DNA of 63,886 nt, counting the filler, from Octopus bimaculoides (Eukaryota), in assembly GCF_001194135.2 (NCBI RefSeq). It is 8 parts of 8 records of this genome, joined end to end, with 100 filler letters (N's around TTAATTAATTAA, not from the genome) between each part and the next. Parts side by side here need not be neighbours in the genome. Positions count along the whole stretch, not along the records: positions 1 to 21,340 come from NC_068982.1; positions 21,441 to 31,163 come from NC_068981.1; 6 more parts are not named here. The stretch is one strand, 5' to 3'. How positions within the stretch are numbered: position 1 is the stretch's first letter; each line of letters opens with the position of its first letter. The notes below the pieces were generated by a model, which saw only the letters and a program-made list of their open reading frames with translations, did not search any database and had not been told where the DNA came from. A program made the translations under genes and the position numbers. Below are positions 11,800 through 24,720 of this stretch, piece after piece.

Positions 11800-12165
11800 G
11801 TATGTATATACCCGTTGTTTATGACGAACAAGATATAAAGTACTCAATGCATGGTTTGAAGTATAAGTATATCATTTTCGGTTGGCGTCGATCAACCTTA
11901 CCGCAGGTTTCAAGATTTTATCAATAAGACAGCCATGTTGGATTATAATGAAAATTGCATCAATATAAAAGATAGTGTCGGGACCTCACTGTTTTATAGT
12001 CGCTGAAACATTGAGTCTCGACGCCGTCTTGAATAATATCACTTTAGAGACATATATAGCTGTCTGATTGATCAAATGCAAAAACTGAAATTTCGGCAAA
12101 ACTGTATCAGCTAGATATATGGGAGTTTATATTTGTGTTTATGTATGTGTATGTTTGTTTTTGGT

Positions 12166-12239
<74 letters not shown>

Positions 12240-12809
12240 GCGTGGAGGGAGGAAGAAGAGAAAGCAAAGGGAGAGGGAGAGAGGGGGAGGGGGGATAACT
12301 TTACAAAGTGGAAAAGCTCGAATGTTGAAATTTTTTTCGTTCATTTTGTCTATTCGGCAAGTAACCTAGAACTTAAAAGCAGAGAAAAAAAAATCCAGAA
12401 AAATTTTCAGACAAGATCATTGTACCGGCAACCAAAACTTTTAATCGCCCGATACTGGCTTAAGTTCAAGTGCACTTGAAGAAAATGGCATAAGAGATTT
12501 GAAAAATAAATCTATTGAACAAAGCAACAGCTTTTCCGGATGGTGAGAATTGTGATGATGATGATGATGATGATGACGACGACCACGACCACGACCATGA
12601 CGATTGTGATGATAACGGTGACGATGTTCATGGTGATGATTATGATGACGAAGATGATGATACAAAAATATAAAATAAAAGAAAATGATTGAAATTAGTT
12701 TCTAGAGTTGAAGATTTAGAATAAATGGCAGCCATCTTGGGAGGATGATGTTTGCATAAATCTAAATGAGACAAGAAATAGTTATCGGCTGCTATTTGTC
12801 ATCAATTCC

Positions 12810-12866
<57 letters not shown>

Positions 12867-14171
12867 TAAACAAACAAATAAACAAACACACACACACGCA
12901 AACACACACTCACACAAACATACACACAAACGTACACACATGCAAACACAACACGCATACTCAGACACACATATATATTTACACTCCCACATACACATAC
13001 ATCCTCTGTCTCCCTATGCTTCTCTCTTTTCCACAATTCCTGGTTCTCTTTCCCCGCATATAAAATAACACTATACATACAAACACTCGCATTTAAAACA
13101 CATAAGTACACGCAGCCATACATACAGATTAATAAACTGTAACGAATGAGTTATATGAATGCACTTACATACACTAAGCTATTCAGAAGCACCCACATCA
13201 ACACACACACACACACAAATACGTGTGTGTGAGTGTGTGTGTATACAGGGAGAAGGATTACGAATATATTAAATTTACACACACACGAACACATATAGGG
13301 GGTAAACATATATGTGTGACTGTGTATACACACACTTATTCAAATACATACCTATGTATTTGAGTATGTATAAATATATTCTTTACGAGAATTTTTTCTT
13401 TATCCACATTCATTCCCGCTCTTCTTTTCACTCGTGTTTTTCTTTTCATTCTTTTATTCCATAATTCTTTTCTTATTTTTATTTTATTAGCTGTTTCTTT
13501 GTCCTTTTCTATCAACCTACTTAACTATGGCTAAATGTCTCAGTCTCTCTCTCTCTCTTTCTCTCCCTTTCTCCTCTTTCTCTCCATCTCTCTCTATCTC
13601 TATCACTTTCTCTATCTCCTCTTTCTGACTCTCGCTTTCTTCCCCTTTATATGTGTGCATGTGTATAAATGCATATTACATATTTATGTCTGACTATCTG
13701 TCTCTCTATCTGTTTGTATATATATAAGTTTGTTTTCATGTACGTCAGTATACATGTATGCATGCATATAAACCATATATGTACGTTTACATCTATACAT
13801 ATATACGTTTACGTATATACGTATATGTATATATATANNNNNNNNNNNNNNNNNNNNNNNNNNNNNNNNNNNNNNNNNNNNNNNNNNNNNNNNNNNNNNN
13901 NNNNNNNNNNNNNNNNNNNNNNNNNNNNNNNNNNNNNNNNNNNNNNNNATGTATGTATATATACATATATACGTTTACGTGTATACGTATATGATTGTAT
14001 ATATGTATATATACGTATATGTATGTATGTATCTATGTATGTATCTATGTATGTACGTATGTACGTACGTACGTATGTATGTATTATTGAGAGCGGGCTG
14101 TAAAACGCCTCGAGTTATTTCCCTTGAACTATTAGAATTTACACACACGTAGACGTGAACAGTAAAGTTTT

Positions 14172-14209
<38 letters not shown>

Positions 14210-14361
14210 CATTTATGTATCCACCATCTTGTTTCGTAGGCTATATTCTTGTTTCCCACTCTAAATGTCTCCCTCCCTATTTTTCATATATTGGTTAGAG
14301 TTTTATCCAATAGGATTCAGTTACTTTTTGTAATCCAACTAATGTTCTTGATAGTGTGTGT

Positions 14362-14424
<63 letters not shown>

Positions 14425-14654
14425 TGCGTGTGTATGTGTGTGTATGCGCGTGCGTGCGTGTGAGTGTATGTGTATGCGAGTGTGTTCATTGTATAGGAAA
14501 TTTTATGTTACATTTTTGGTAATCGTCCGAAAAGCGACAACGAGAAGCTCGGAGTAACGATATGTGAAAATTAGGTCTCTGTTTATATACATAATCTTAC
14601 TTTCAGTATTGAGCACTCTATTTTCTTCTTGTTGTTAACACATACTCGGTTATG

Positions 14655-14696
<42 letters not shown>

Positions 14697-15539
14697 TGCG
14701 CGCGCGCGTGCGCGCGTTTGTGCATGTGCACACATGCACGTGTGCGTGTGTGTACATCTTTTACGTGTATTTTATCAATCTCCCTCTTACTCCCTTTTCC
14801 TTTCTTCTCTTCTCTCCCTCTCACATACTTCCCTCCAAACACACACACACACACATACACACTTTCTTCCTCCTCACTCATTTCCCTTCTCTCTCATTCA
14901 CTCCCCTCTTTCTTTTCCCTTCTCTCTCGCTCACTTCTCTTTTTTTTTCTTCTCTCTCACTCCCTCTCCCACTCTTTCATCATCTCTTTCTACCCTATTC
15001 ATTTATTTATTTATTTATTTATTTATTTATAACTGTCTATATTTCCATACATCTACTTGTTTATATTTCAGTTTAAATATTAAGATGTCTAACTGCCAAT
15101 CACTTTCACTTTCACTTTCTCTAACTCTCTGCTTCCGTTTTTTTTTTTTGTTCTTTTCACACTCTCTTCCCACTTCCTCTCTCTTCCAACTCTTTCTCTC
15201 CCTCCCTCTCTCTCTTGTTTTTATACTTTGTTGCATCTCTTCTATCACCATATGTTGTATATTGATTTCTCTTGACTAAGCACAAGACCATTCTTTGTAC
15301 GAAGTGGTCATACACGATTGAAATGAGCCTAATATATTACTGATATTTATTTTGTCAATCCTGAAGGGATCAGAAGCGATGCCGAATGATCCCTGTAAGA
15401 TGCCCAGAATTTAGAATAATGAAACCTAGAATTTAGAAGGGATTAATTTTGTCTTAGAATCCGCCTCTTTATCAATTCACCAACCCTACCATATATTAAA
15501 TATTAATCCGCTTTCTTTGTCTGCATTTCTCTCTGTCTA

Positions 15540-15590
<51 letters not shown>

Positions 15591-16114
15591 GTCACTCTCT
15601 CTTTCTCTATCTATCTATCTATTTATCTCTCGCTTTCTTTCTCTCTCTTTCTTTCTCTCTCTTTCTTTCTCTCTCTTTCTTTCTCTCTCTTTCTCCCACT
15701 CTCTCTTTCTCGCTTCCTCTCTATCTCTCTTTCTCTTTCTCTCATCCCTTCTGTCTATCTCTCTTTCCATTTGTTTCTCCTCTTTTTTTTGTTTTTGAAT
15801 TTCTAAATATACATGAATACATTGATGTTAGTGTATGAGTATGTGTATTATATTGTCTAAATCTATATATGTATTTCGTTATTTTTCTCCTATTTTCCCA
15901 TTTTAATATCTATTTCATAATTTTTTTATTGTTTTTCCGCCACATCTCTCCTTCTGCATCATTCTTATCTTTTATCATCATCATCATCATTATCACCATC
16001 ACCATCATCGTCATTATTTTCTTTTCCTCCTCCTTGTTCCTCTTAGCGATACTTTCTTTTTTCACCCAAATTTCCGTGAATCTCCGCGTGATATGGTATA
16101 TTCATAGCTGAATT

Positions 16115-16158
<44 letters not shown>

Positions 16159-16474
16159 TCGAAATGAATAAAATACAGCTAGTTGAATACACATATATAC
16201 AATTATAAATGTATATTTTTGTGTATATCTATGTATGTGTAGTCGTGTATATTTATATTATCTGTATATATCTGTATGTGTATAGTTATTTAGTAAGACA
16301 TGTTTATGTCCGCATGTATTGTCGAGGAATAACTATACCTGTGGCTATACAAGCGTATATATGTATGCATGTATGTATTTATGTGCATATTTGTGCATAA
16401 ATAAGGGTGCATGCAAGCACATATGTCTTTGAATAAGCATATATAAAGCTAGTCACATGTTTCATGTAAACGTG

Positions 16475-16590
16475 TTTCTTCAACCTGCTAGAAATAGCAT
16501 CCAAATCGTCCTCAAAATACATTACACCTTCTAAAACGGATAGGAAGAGCACATTTGATAACGCGGTCACCAATACAATACAGAACGTGT
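16475..16590 (+). repeat. Fragment of an interspersed repeat (family D; also about 19815-20020, 24000-24085 and tail at 7620-7675)
   Basis: Shared diverged motif ACCTGCTAGAAATAGCA.CCAAAT..CCTCAAA...C...TACC.TCT.AAAA; tail ...GGG.TAAACAACAA(CAA)n. Confidence 0.55.
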
Positions 16591-17286
16591 TTGATTATAT
16601 GTCTTCTGTTCAAAAAGAGCTGATCCTACTCTATGAATAGCAGGTAGATAACTTGATAATATAAATAATGAACTAGTACTCATTTTATCGATTTCAGAAG
16701 AATGAAAAGCAAAATTTGGACAAAGTTATTGTACAGAAATGAGGAAAGTAGTAGTTTCAACAGGACATAAGAGATTACAGTGTGTTAGCGTGTGCATTTC
16801 TTTATTTGGAATTCTTAAGTTTCTATGTGCTTCAGTTGTAACGGTCCAGATATACATGAGAAACAGTATACTAGTGTTGCATAACTTGCGGCTTCCGGAG
16901 CACAAACATATTCCAAGGCTACAGTGTATTTCTATACGTCTCTTCAAACTTTTTCTTTCACGCCTGACGGAGTTTTAAAGTATTATAAAATTCCAACATC
17001 AGACCAAAATAAATCTCCTCACCATAGCTTTCTATCAACCCACACCCTATAAACACATACGTTTCTCTTATTCACTCCTAATTCCACTCCTACACAACTA
17101 CTCCTCCAGTCCATCAACACCATGCTTAATTGTCATCACATAACACTACCTACACAGAAAGGCAACTTGCCAAAAATAATCCTAATGAAGCACAGTGTGA
17201 AGAAAACAGGAAACCAAAACATCGAAGTCGTTGTCAATCTTTTGCTTGTAAAAGTTAGTGTATTTATACATACATAAATGCATATG

Positions 17287-18598
17287 TACGAGGGATACCC
17301 AAAAGTAAACAGAAACATTCTCTGTGGGACAAGCTTGTTGTAGTTCAGGCTTCCGCCGCTAAAAGCCACTTGATGCGACCCTCAGACATCAGTCTGTCAA
17401 CCGGCGTCGTTCATTGAGGTCGTACTGCCACGTAGTGTGTCTTTGTTTTACAGTGCTTCTCCCCTGTTCGTCGATTTTTGCGATAGCTGAAACGAAGGAA
17501 CAGCGTGTTTCCGTGAAATTCTGTTTTCTGCTGGGGAAAACGGCGGCCGAAACAGCTGTCATGCTTCTAACAGCTTACAAGGACGTTGCCATGAGCAAAA
17601 CACAAGTTTACAAGTGTTGTTTACGCTTCACTTGTTGCTTGAAGACCAACCTCGTTCAGAGTAGTCATCGACCTCCCGAACGAATGAAAACAACACGAAA
17701 ATTCATGAACTAATCTTGGAGGACAGTCGCTGAACAATTGACGAACTTGCTTGGATGACTAGTGTGTCTTGGAGCTCCTGCCAACGAATTTTGAGCGAGG
17801 GCTTGCGAATAAAAAGTGTTGCAGCAAAATTTGTACCTCGCTTGCTCACGGAATATCAAAAGCAGTCACGACTAAATGCGTGTCATGAACTGAAAGAACT
17901 GTTGGAAGTTGATCTGGACCTTTTTTCGAAGGTCATCACCAGTGATGAAAGCTGGTACTACAGCTACGACCCAGAAACGAAGCAGCAATCACGTCAATGG
18001 AAGCATTCAATGTCACCACGCACCAAAAAAATGCATCAAGTGAAATCCAATGTCAAGATGATGATGTGAAAGGAATTGTTCACACAGGATTAATTCTTCC
18101 TGATCAAACTGTTAACCAGACATTTTACTTGGCAGTTTTGAAGCGTTTACGAGATGCGGTGAGACGAAAACGCCCCCGACCAGTGCCAAAGTGGTGAGTG
18201 GTGGTTTCATAACGACAATGAGCCTGCGCACACCGCCTTGAGACAGTTTTTTACCAAAACTGGCATGACCCCGCTTACTTACCCTTCCCTATTCACCCGA
18301 TCTTGCTCCCTGCGACTTCCATTCGTTCCCTTGAATGAAAAAAGTCCTTAAAGGAAAACGTTTTGCAGATGTGGAAGTGGTGAAGAAAAAAAAACCACGG
18401 AGGCGTTAAAAGGCAATGCATCGGGCTAGACTCTTCACAAAAGAGTTCCAGGACTGCATCGAACAGTGGAAAACACGTCTAGCCCGATGCATTGCTTCAA
18501 ACAGAGAATACTTTGAAGGCGATAAATGTGTAATCATGTAAAACTACGTGAATAAAATAATCTTGCAAAATACCGCTCTCTTTTGGACACCCCACGTA
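17287..18598 (+). mobile_element. Full-length mariner (DD34D) transposon with both TIRs and TA target duplication, inactivated
   Basis: The left end TA|CGAGGGATACCCAAAAG matches the reverse complement of the right end, TA|CGTGGGGTGTCCAAAAG. Length is about 1.3 kb. Motifs: KEQRVSVKFCFLLGK, KFVPRLL, VITSDESW, NQTFYLAVLKRLRDAVRRKRP, HNDNEPAH, YSPDLAPCD and EYFEGD. Multiple frameshifts. Confidence 0.95.
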
Positions 18599-18606
18599 TG
18601 TATGTA

Positions 18607-18655
<49 letters not shown>

Positions 18656-18688
18656 CTGTGAGAGAGAGAGGGAGCTGGTATAAATACT

Positions 18689-18884
18689 CTGTTCTACTTT
18701 CGGCCCGAAACTTTTGGGGAGGGGCCAGTCGATTAGATCGACCCCAGTAGGCAACTAGTACTTATTTTATCGACCCCGAAAGGATGAAAGGCAAAATCGA
18801 CCTCGGCGGAATTTGAACTCAGATCGTAAAGACAGACGAAATACCGCTAAGCATTTCGCTCGGTTTCTGCCAGTTCGCCGCCTT
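18689..18884 (-). mobile_element. SINE family A
   Basis: Reverse head AAGGCGGCGAACTGGCAGAA, B box GAGTTCAAATTCC, Nin-like core and tail. Confidence 0.92.
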
Positions 18885-18924
18885 TAAAACGATTAGATAC
18901 TTCCTAGAAAACAAGTAGAAATAT

Positions 18925-19139
18925 TCCTTTCTACTATAAGCACAAGGCCTGAAATTATGGGGGAGCGGGTAAGTCGATTACGTCGACCTCAGTGTTTCAC
19001 TGGTACTTAATTTATTGACCCCGAAAAGATGAAAGGCAAAGTCGACCCTGGCGGCATTTGAACTCAGAACATGAAGACAGACGAAATACCGCTAAGCATT
19101 TCGCCCTGCGTGCTAACGATTCTGCCGGCTCGCCGCCTT
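18925..19139 (-). mobile_element. SINE family A, full length
   Basis: Reverse head AAGGCGGCGAGCCGGCAGAATCGTTAGCACG, B box, core and AGTAGAAAGG tail. Confidence 0.92.
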
Positions 19140-19510
19140 GAAGCTGGTATAAATACTAATCCTATAATGATCTTTCCCAATCCATTGTTCAAGACTATTT
19201 GAATGATATTACATATTTATATAAGAGTGTGTATATCAGTATATGTTGAGTGTATGTGTGCATGCGTGCAAGTTTGCATGCGTGTATGTGTTCATGCGTG
19301 TATGTATGCCTGTACGTGTGCATGCGTGTATGTGTGCATGCGTGTATGTGTGCATACGTGTATGTATCTATGTATTTATGTGTGTATGCATATTCGCATA
19401 TACACATCAAGGTGTAAACAAAGTGTTAAAGTAACATAATCTAAATATTTGTATTTCCGTTGTGCTTGGCAAAACAGCCATGTATTATGCTTCCAGCCAT
19501 GGGGACACTA

Positions 19511-19592
<82 letters not shown>

Positions 19593-20358
19593 CATCCTCT
19601 GTCAACCTCAAAATAGTTACACAAACCTTACAGTCTACGAGAATCATTTCAGAAATGATTAAAGAAATGAATACTCGGAAGCTATCCCCATAAATTTAGA
19701 ATCTTCCGCTTTCAGCAAGACAAACAGATTGCCATTTGGGATTCTATAGTAACAGGCTTGAGTTATTTTCATACTCTTCCTGCTACTCATTCCCTGAACA
19801 CATATTTCTCGAACCAATGACTGGCGTTCGACCTGTAAGAAAGTGTAGCCATATCTCTTTCAAAACATACCTTACTTTCTTGTAGAAGTAGGATATATTG
19901 ATCAATACTGCCCTATATAAACTATACTTTTATAATAGACGTTACGACTGGAATGTCTTTGACCATAGGGTCTATAGGTTGATCTAAGAGTGACGAGGTA
20001 TAAACAACAACAACAACGAACATATTTTTCGCGTTTATCTAGAATATTTTATATCTAATACAATGTAAAATGTTTAATAAACGTTCGTTATAGAATGGCT
20101 TACTATGTATCGTTTTGTTTTATCTACAACCAAGAATAAAGAAATGTGTGAGAGAATATTAGAAAAATATTAAACCTACACAACAGGTATATTGGCGTCC
20201 CATCAACAACTCAGTTCCCATCTTCATTTGCCTTTCTCTCTCTTTCTCTCTCTATTTATCTATCTATCTTTCTCTTTCTCTCTAACTCCCTCTCTCCTCT
20301 CTTTTCCCCCTCGTCTCTCTCTCCCTCTCTTCTCTCTCTCACTCCTTCTCTTCTCTTT

Positions 20359-20397
<39 letters not shown>

Positions 20398-20805
20398 CTA
20401 TCACATACTTAAGTACACATTTCACATTGTCTATAGATGAGTATATATCTTTAATAAATATGTATGCATATGTGTCTTTAAATATAAATGATTGAGTGTG
20501 AATATGTGAGTCCATATTGTGTGCGCATAAGCGTGCGCATGTTGTGTCCTACTTACAAGTATGCATGTATGTATGTATTTCTGTACGTATAGATAGATTG
20601 AAACTTCATATATTGTCCGACCACACAATCTCCCGTTCACATGTAAACACACACACATACACACATGCATGCATACATGCGTGTGTGTATGTGTGTGTGT
20701 GTGCATGTGTACATATATCATATTCATGTAAACACACAGACTCATTACATACACACATACATACACACGCACATACAGAAAGATACTCTCATACCTTGAG
20801 AAATG

Positions 20806-20844
<39 letters not shown>

Positions 20845-21245
20845 ATTGTGTGTATGTATCATTTGTGTAGAATTATATACGTCTTCAGGTATGTGTGGAG
20901 GGCAATGTGAAAGACATAGCATAAGATTAATATTCCAATTTATGATATAATCAACTTCTCGTTTCTCTCCTGATTCTTTTAACCTTTACAGAACAACCGA
21001 GCTTTTTATGGTAATCATATAGGGGACAGTTAATTTATTTTCGTTCTCGTTTCTTTCCCTCCTTTTCTCTCTCTCACTTTCTCCTTCAGTCACACAGATT
21101 ATGGAGATATATGTTTGTGCTTGTGTTTCCATATTTATAAACATACATAAACATACACACACACACCCACACACACAAATATTTGCATGCATATCTATGT
21201 ATATGTTCACACATATACATATGTATATGTGTATATATATATATG

Positions 21246-21279
<34 letters not shown>

Positions 21280-21340
21280 CGTGTGTGTATATTTATGTAT
21301 GCGTGTGTGCGTATATATATATATATATATATATATATAT

Positions 21341-21440
21341 NNNNNNNNNNNNNNNNNNNNNNNNNNNNNNNNNNNNNNNNNNNNTTAATTAATTAANNNN
21401 NNNNNNNNNNNNNNNNNNNNNNNNNNNNNNNNNNNNNNNN
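21341..21440. other. Artificial scaffold gap N44-TTAATTAATTAA-N44 (linker also at 31208, 49251, 55775, 57951, 61019, 62598)
   Basis: An identical 12-mer, giving stop codons in all six frames, is centred in 100-bp N blocks seven times. Confidence 0.97.
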
Positions 21441-21583
21441 TATATATATATATATATCTAATGAAAATAAGAAGACAAAAGAAGAGTTTAGCACATCTTT
21501 GATGACCAGTTACAATTGTTTTGGTACCACTCTGCTTTTAACGTTATTGCACAAAAAAGTTCCATGCGAAGAAAAGTTACGTA

Positions 21584-21626
<43 letters not shown>

Positions 21627-21722
21627 AAACTTTTATTGTAGGCACATGGTTTAGGGGTTAGAGATGTTGCACTCATGTATAATCCTGTATATACACATGA
21701 ATACGTACATACTATATGTATG

Positions 21723-21753
<31 letters not shown>

Positions 21754-23340
21754 GTACATACGTGCTTGCATGCACACATATACAAACATACATATATATT
21801 CATATACATACATGCATACACACAAATGTATCTTACAAGAATCAAAATAAGAACAATTATTTGTTATGAGTAAAGAGTATTATTTTATATTCCTCTTTGT
21901 CAATCCACCGAGTTATGACTAACGAACGACCAAATTGAATAATCTAGATTCCAATTTTACTCAATTTATTTAATACTTTGTTTGCTTTCTGTGAGTATAT
22001 TTTAGTGGGTAGGTATTATAAGAAATAGGAAACTGTAACGTTCATTCGTTCCATAAAGTCCGTAGCGTAATAAGCGATACGATTCGGCTTTTACTGGGAA
22101 CCGAAACCGATGCTTAGCTCGGTTTGTCAGGTACCGTCTTTTGCTGTACGTCGCTCAGCAATTCATGTTACCAGTGTTATATATCGACAGCAGTGCTTGT
22201 GATAATTAATGTTGTAGAGATGAGAGAAATGGTATCGGTACCAGCAGATGGTGATGATGGTGGTGTGCATTTGGTTATAATAATAGTGATGTCATAAAGA
22301 GAATAGTGTTGTTGGTGGTGGTGGTGGTATTAGTGGTGTTACTGTTAGTGATGGTAGAGATGACGGAGATAAAGGCATGGTATAGAACGATCACTGCTAA
22401 CACATAACCACAGAATCACACACGCTTTTCACACAAATATGTAATTAATTAATTGAAGCAAAACTAGGGAATGGAACGAAATATAGTCAAATAAGTGAGG
22501 TAAAGCAACAAGAAAGACTCTAAGAAAGAATCAAAATAGAATAAAATATAATTAAAAAAAAAACCCATTGAAAATAGGAAAATATTCAAGCAGACGAAAT
22601 AAAATGAGTGCTGTTAACGAGGTGTCGTCTGTTTAAAACAAAATCTTTCTTTTCTTGTTTTGTTTTCAGTATGACCTCTGTTGTAGTCTTCTTTTCGACA
22701 GATTTTCCTCCCGTTAACAGTCGTGTGTCAAAATTGTAGTATAAGCGTGTTATCACTACCCGTGTCTCGACCAGCACGTTTTCCTCTCAAAGTTTGGCTT
22801 CAGATATTTTCGGTCCATTTTGTAGCAGACGGTCAATGAAGAAATCAAACCGTCCGAAGAAATCTAACAAAAATAATATGAATAAAATGAAATACAATAA
22901 ACAAGGTGTGTGTGTGNNNNNNNNNNAGAAAAAATATGAGGGAAATACTAGCATTAAATCCTTCCCTCCTGGTCCGCATTCATGATAACACAATTATATG
23001 TTGAAAGTTCAGCTTTTTTGACATAGCAAGGCCAGCAGTAACTAACTGCTGATATATAATAGGATAAAATAGATCCCTCCCGCTCCTATACTCACCCTTC
23101 ACTAACATGATACGTCTCATTCAACACATTTGTTTTTATCTTTATTTCCTTTTTGTACCTATTTATTTGTGCATGCGTATGTGTGTGTGTGTGTGTGTGT
23201 GTGTGTTTGTGTTTGTGTGTGTGTGCGTTATTCAAGTACTGTTTTATTACGTTTATGTATTTGACATTTACACATCGTATTAACACATTTACATACCTTA
23301 CACATCATCTTGACACATTTACCTCATTTCTACACCGAGC

Positions 23341-23884
23341 TACAGTAATGCGTCGATAAACGAGTTAATGTGTTTCCGGAGACCTCTCGTAAAGCGGGGC
23401 GATAATTTTCCATACTAGCAACGTTAGTAATCGTAATTCGTTTCCAGAAAAATATTTTACCTATAAAATTTATATTACTCGTAAATAAATAGCAATAAAA
23501 CAACAATAGAATGCAAAAAATATTTTATGTAAAGTAAAAAGAATGTCAAAATCATTTATAATAAAAATATTATTATTATTATTGTTTCCTGAATCGCTTT
23601 CACTCGCACCAGACTCGCGCACACCATCACTTGTAGACGCGATCGGCGATTCATAATCACTCGTAGACAGACTTGTAGATTTCTTTTTAAAAGACAAGTC
23701 TAGAGTTGTTTGCTGAGAAGACGCTTTTCTTCGCTCTCTAAATTTCTCGGTAACACAGAAGCATTTGTCAAGGTAGCAGAAGCTTTTGCACTTCGTTCAA
23801 AATTAGGATCTTGTGCTTGAAAAATAAAATTCGTAAAACCGGGGTTTCGTAAAGCGAGTTCTCGTAAGGTGAGGTTTTACTGTA
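23341..23884 (-). mobile_element. pogo/Tigger-like internally deleted DNA transposon
   Basis: The ends TA|CAGTAATGCGTCGATAAACGAG and (reverse) TA|CAGTAAAACCTCACCTTACGAG are imperfect TIRs with a TA duplication. The minus strand retains a Tigger-like C-terminus: QDPNFERSAKAS...YREI.RERRKASSQQTTLDLSFKKK. Confidence 0.75.
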
Positions 23885-24104
23885 TCTAATTCTCCTGGCC
23901 AGATTCGTGGCTACCCAAGTTGATAATATGCCAGACAACCACCAAACATGAAACTGATAGTTCGTATCGTCTCACTCCCTCTGCACTCTGTTAAAAGTAA
24001 CGGAAGAGTCTGTTCATAGTCGACCGACTTACTAGGAATAAAAACACAAATTTCCTCAAATCGCACCCTATCGTCTTAAAAGATGATAAACATAACTTTT
24101 ATCA

Positions 24105-24500
24105 TTTATCTGTTTCAGCCATTAGACTGCGGTCATGGTGGGGCACCGCCTAGGAAGTTTTAGTCGAATGAACCAACACCAGTACTTACAGCTTGCTACT
24201 TACTCTATCGGTCTCAATTTACCGAACCGCAAGATTATAGGGACGTAAGCAAACCAACACCGGTTGTCAAGCAGTGGTAGGGGAAAACACACACTCTCTC
24301 TCTCACACACGCACACACACACACACATACACATACACAGACGACAGGCTTCTTTCAGTTTCCGTCGACCAAATCCACTCACAAGGCTTCGGTCGGCCCG
24401 CCCGAGGCTATAGTAGAAGACACTTGCCCAAGGTGCCATGCAGTGGGACTGAATCCGGATCCATGTGGTTGGGAAGCAAACTTCTTACGACCCATTACAC
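24105..24500 (-). mobile_element. tRNA-derived SINE family B, near full length, with internal (CA)n
   Basis: The reverse strand reads head ...TTCAGTCCCACTGCATGGCACCTTGGGCAAGTGTCTTCT (CORE-like), then (GT)n, then CTTGACAACCGG...GGCGGTGCCCCACCATGACCGCAG. A second tail fragment lies at 24520-24574. Confidence 0.88.
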
Positions 24501-24720
24501 CATATCTTTTACTTTTCATTTATTTCTCTTACTGGACTGCGGCCATGCTGGGGCACCACCTTGAAGGGTTTAGTNNNNNNNNNNNNNNNNNNNNNNNNNN
24601 NNNNNNNNNNNNNNNNNNNNNNNNNNNNNNNNNNNNNNNNNNNNNNNNNNNNNNNNNNNNNNNNNNNCGTAAAGCTTCACTGTATATATATATATATATA
24701 TATATATATTGAATATATAT

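Noticed and set aside
12441-12665. Poly-His ORF
   Set aside because: It is the reverse translation of a (GAT/GAC)n trinucleotide tract, with no domain support.
14350-14480. Z-DNA-prone (GT)/(GC) alternations
   Set aside because: They are ubiquitous in this genome type, and nothing distinguishes this tract.
16379-16573. Protein-like 64-aa ORF (TALSNVLFLSVLEG...)
   Set aside because: It is antisense to an interspersed repeat also present near 19830 and 24030.
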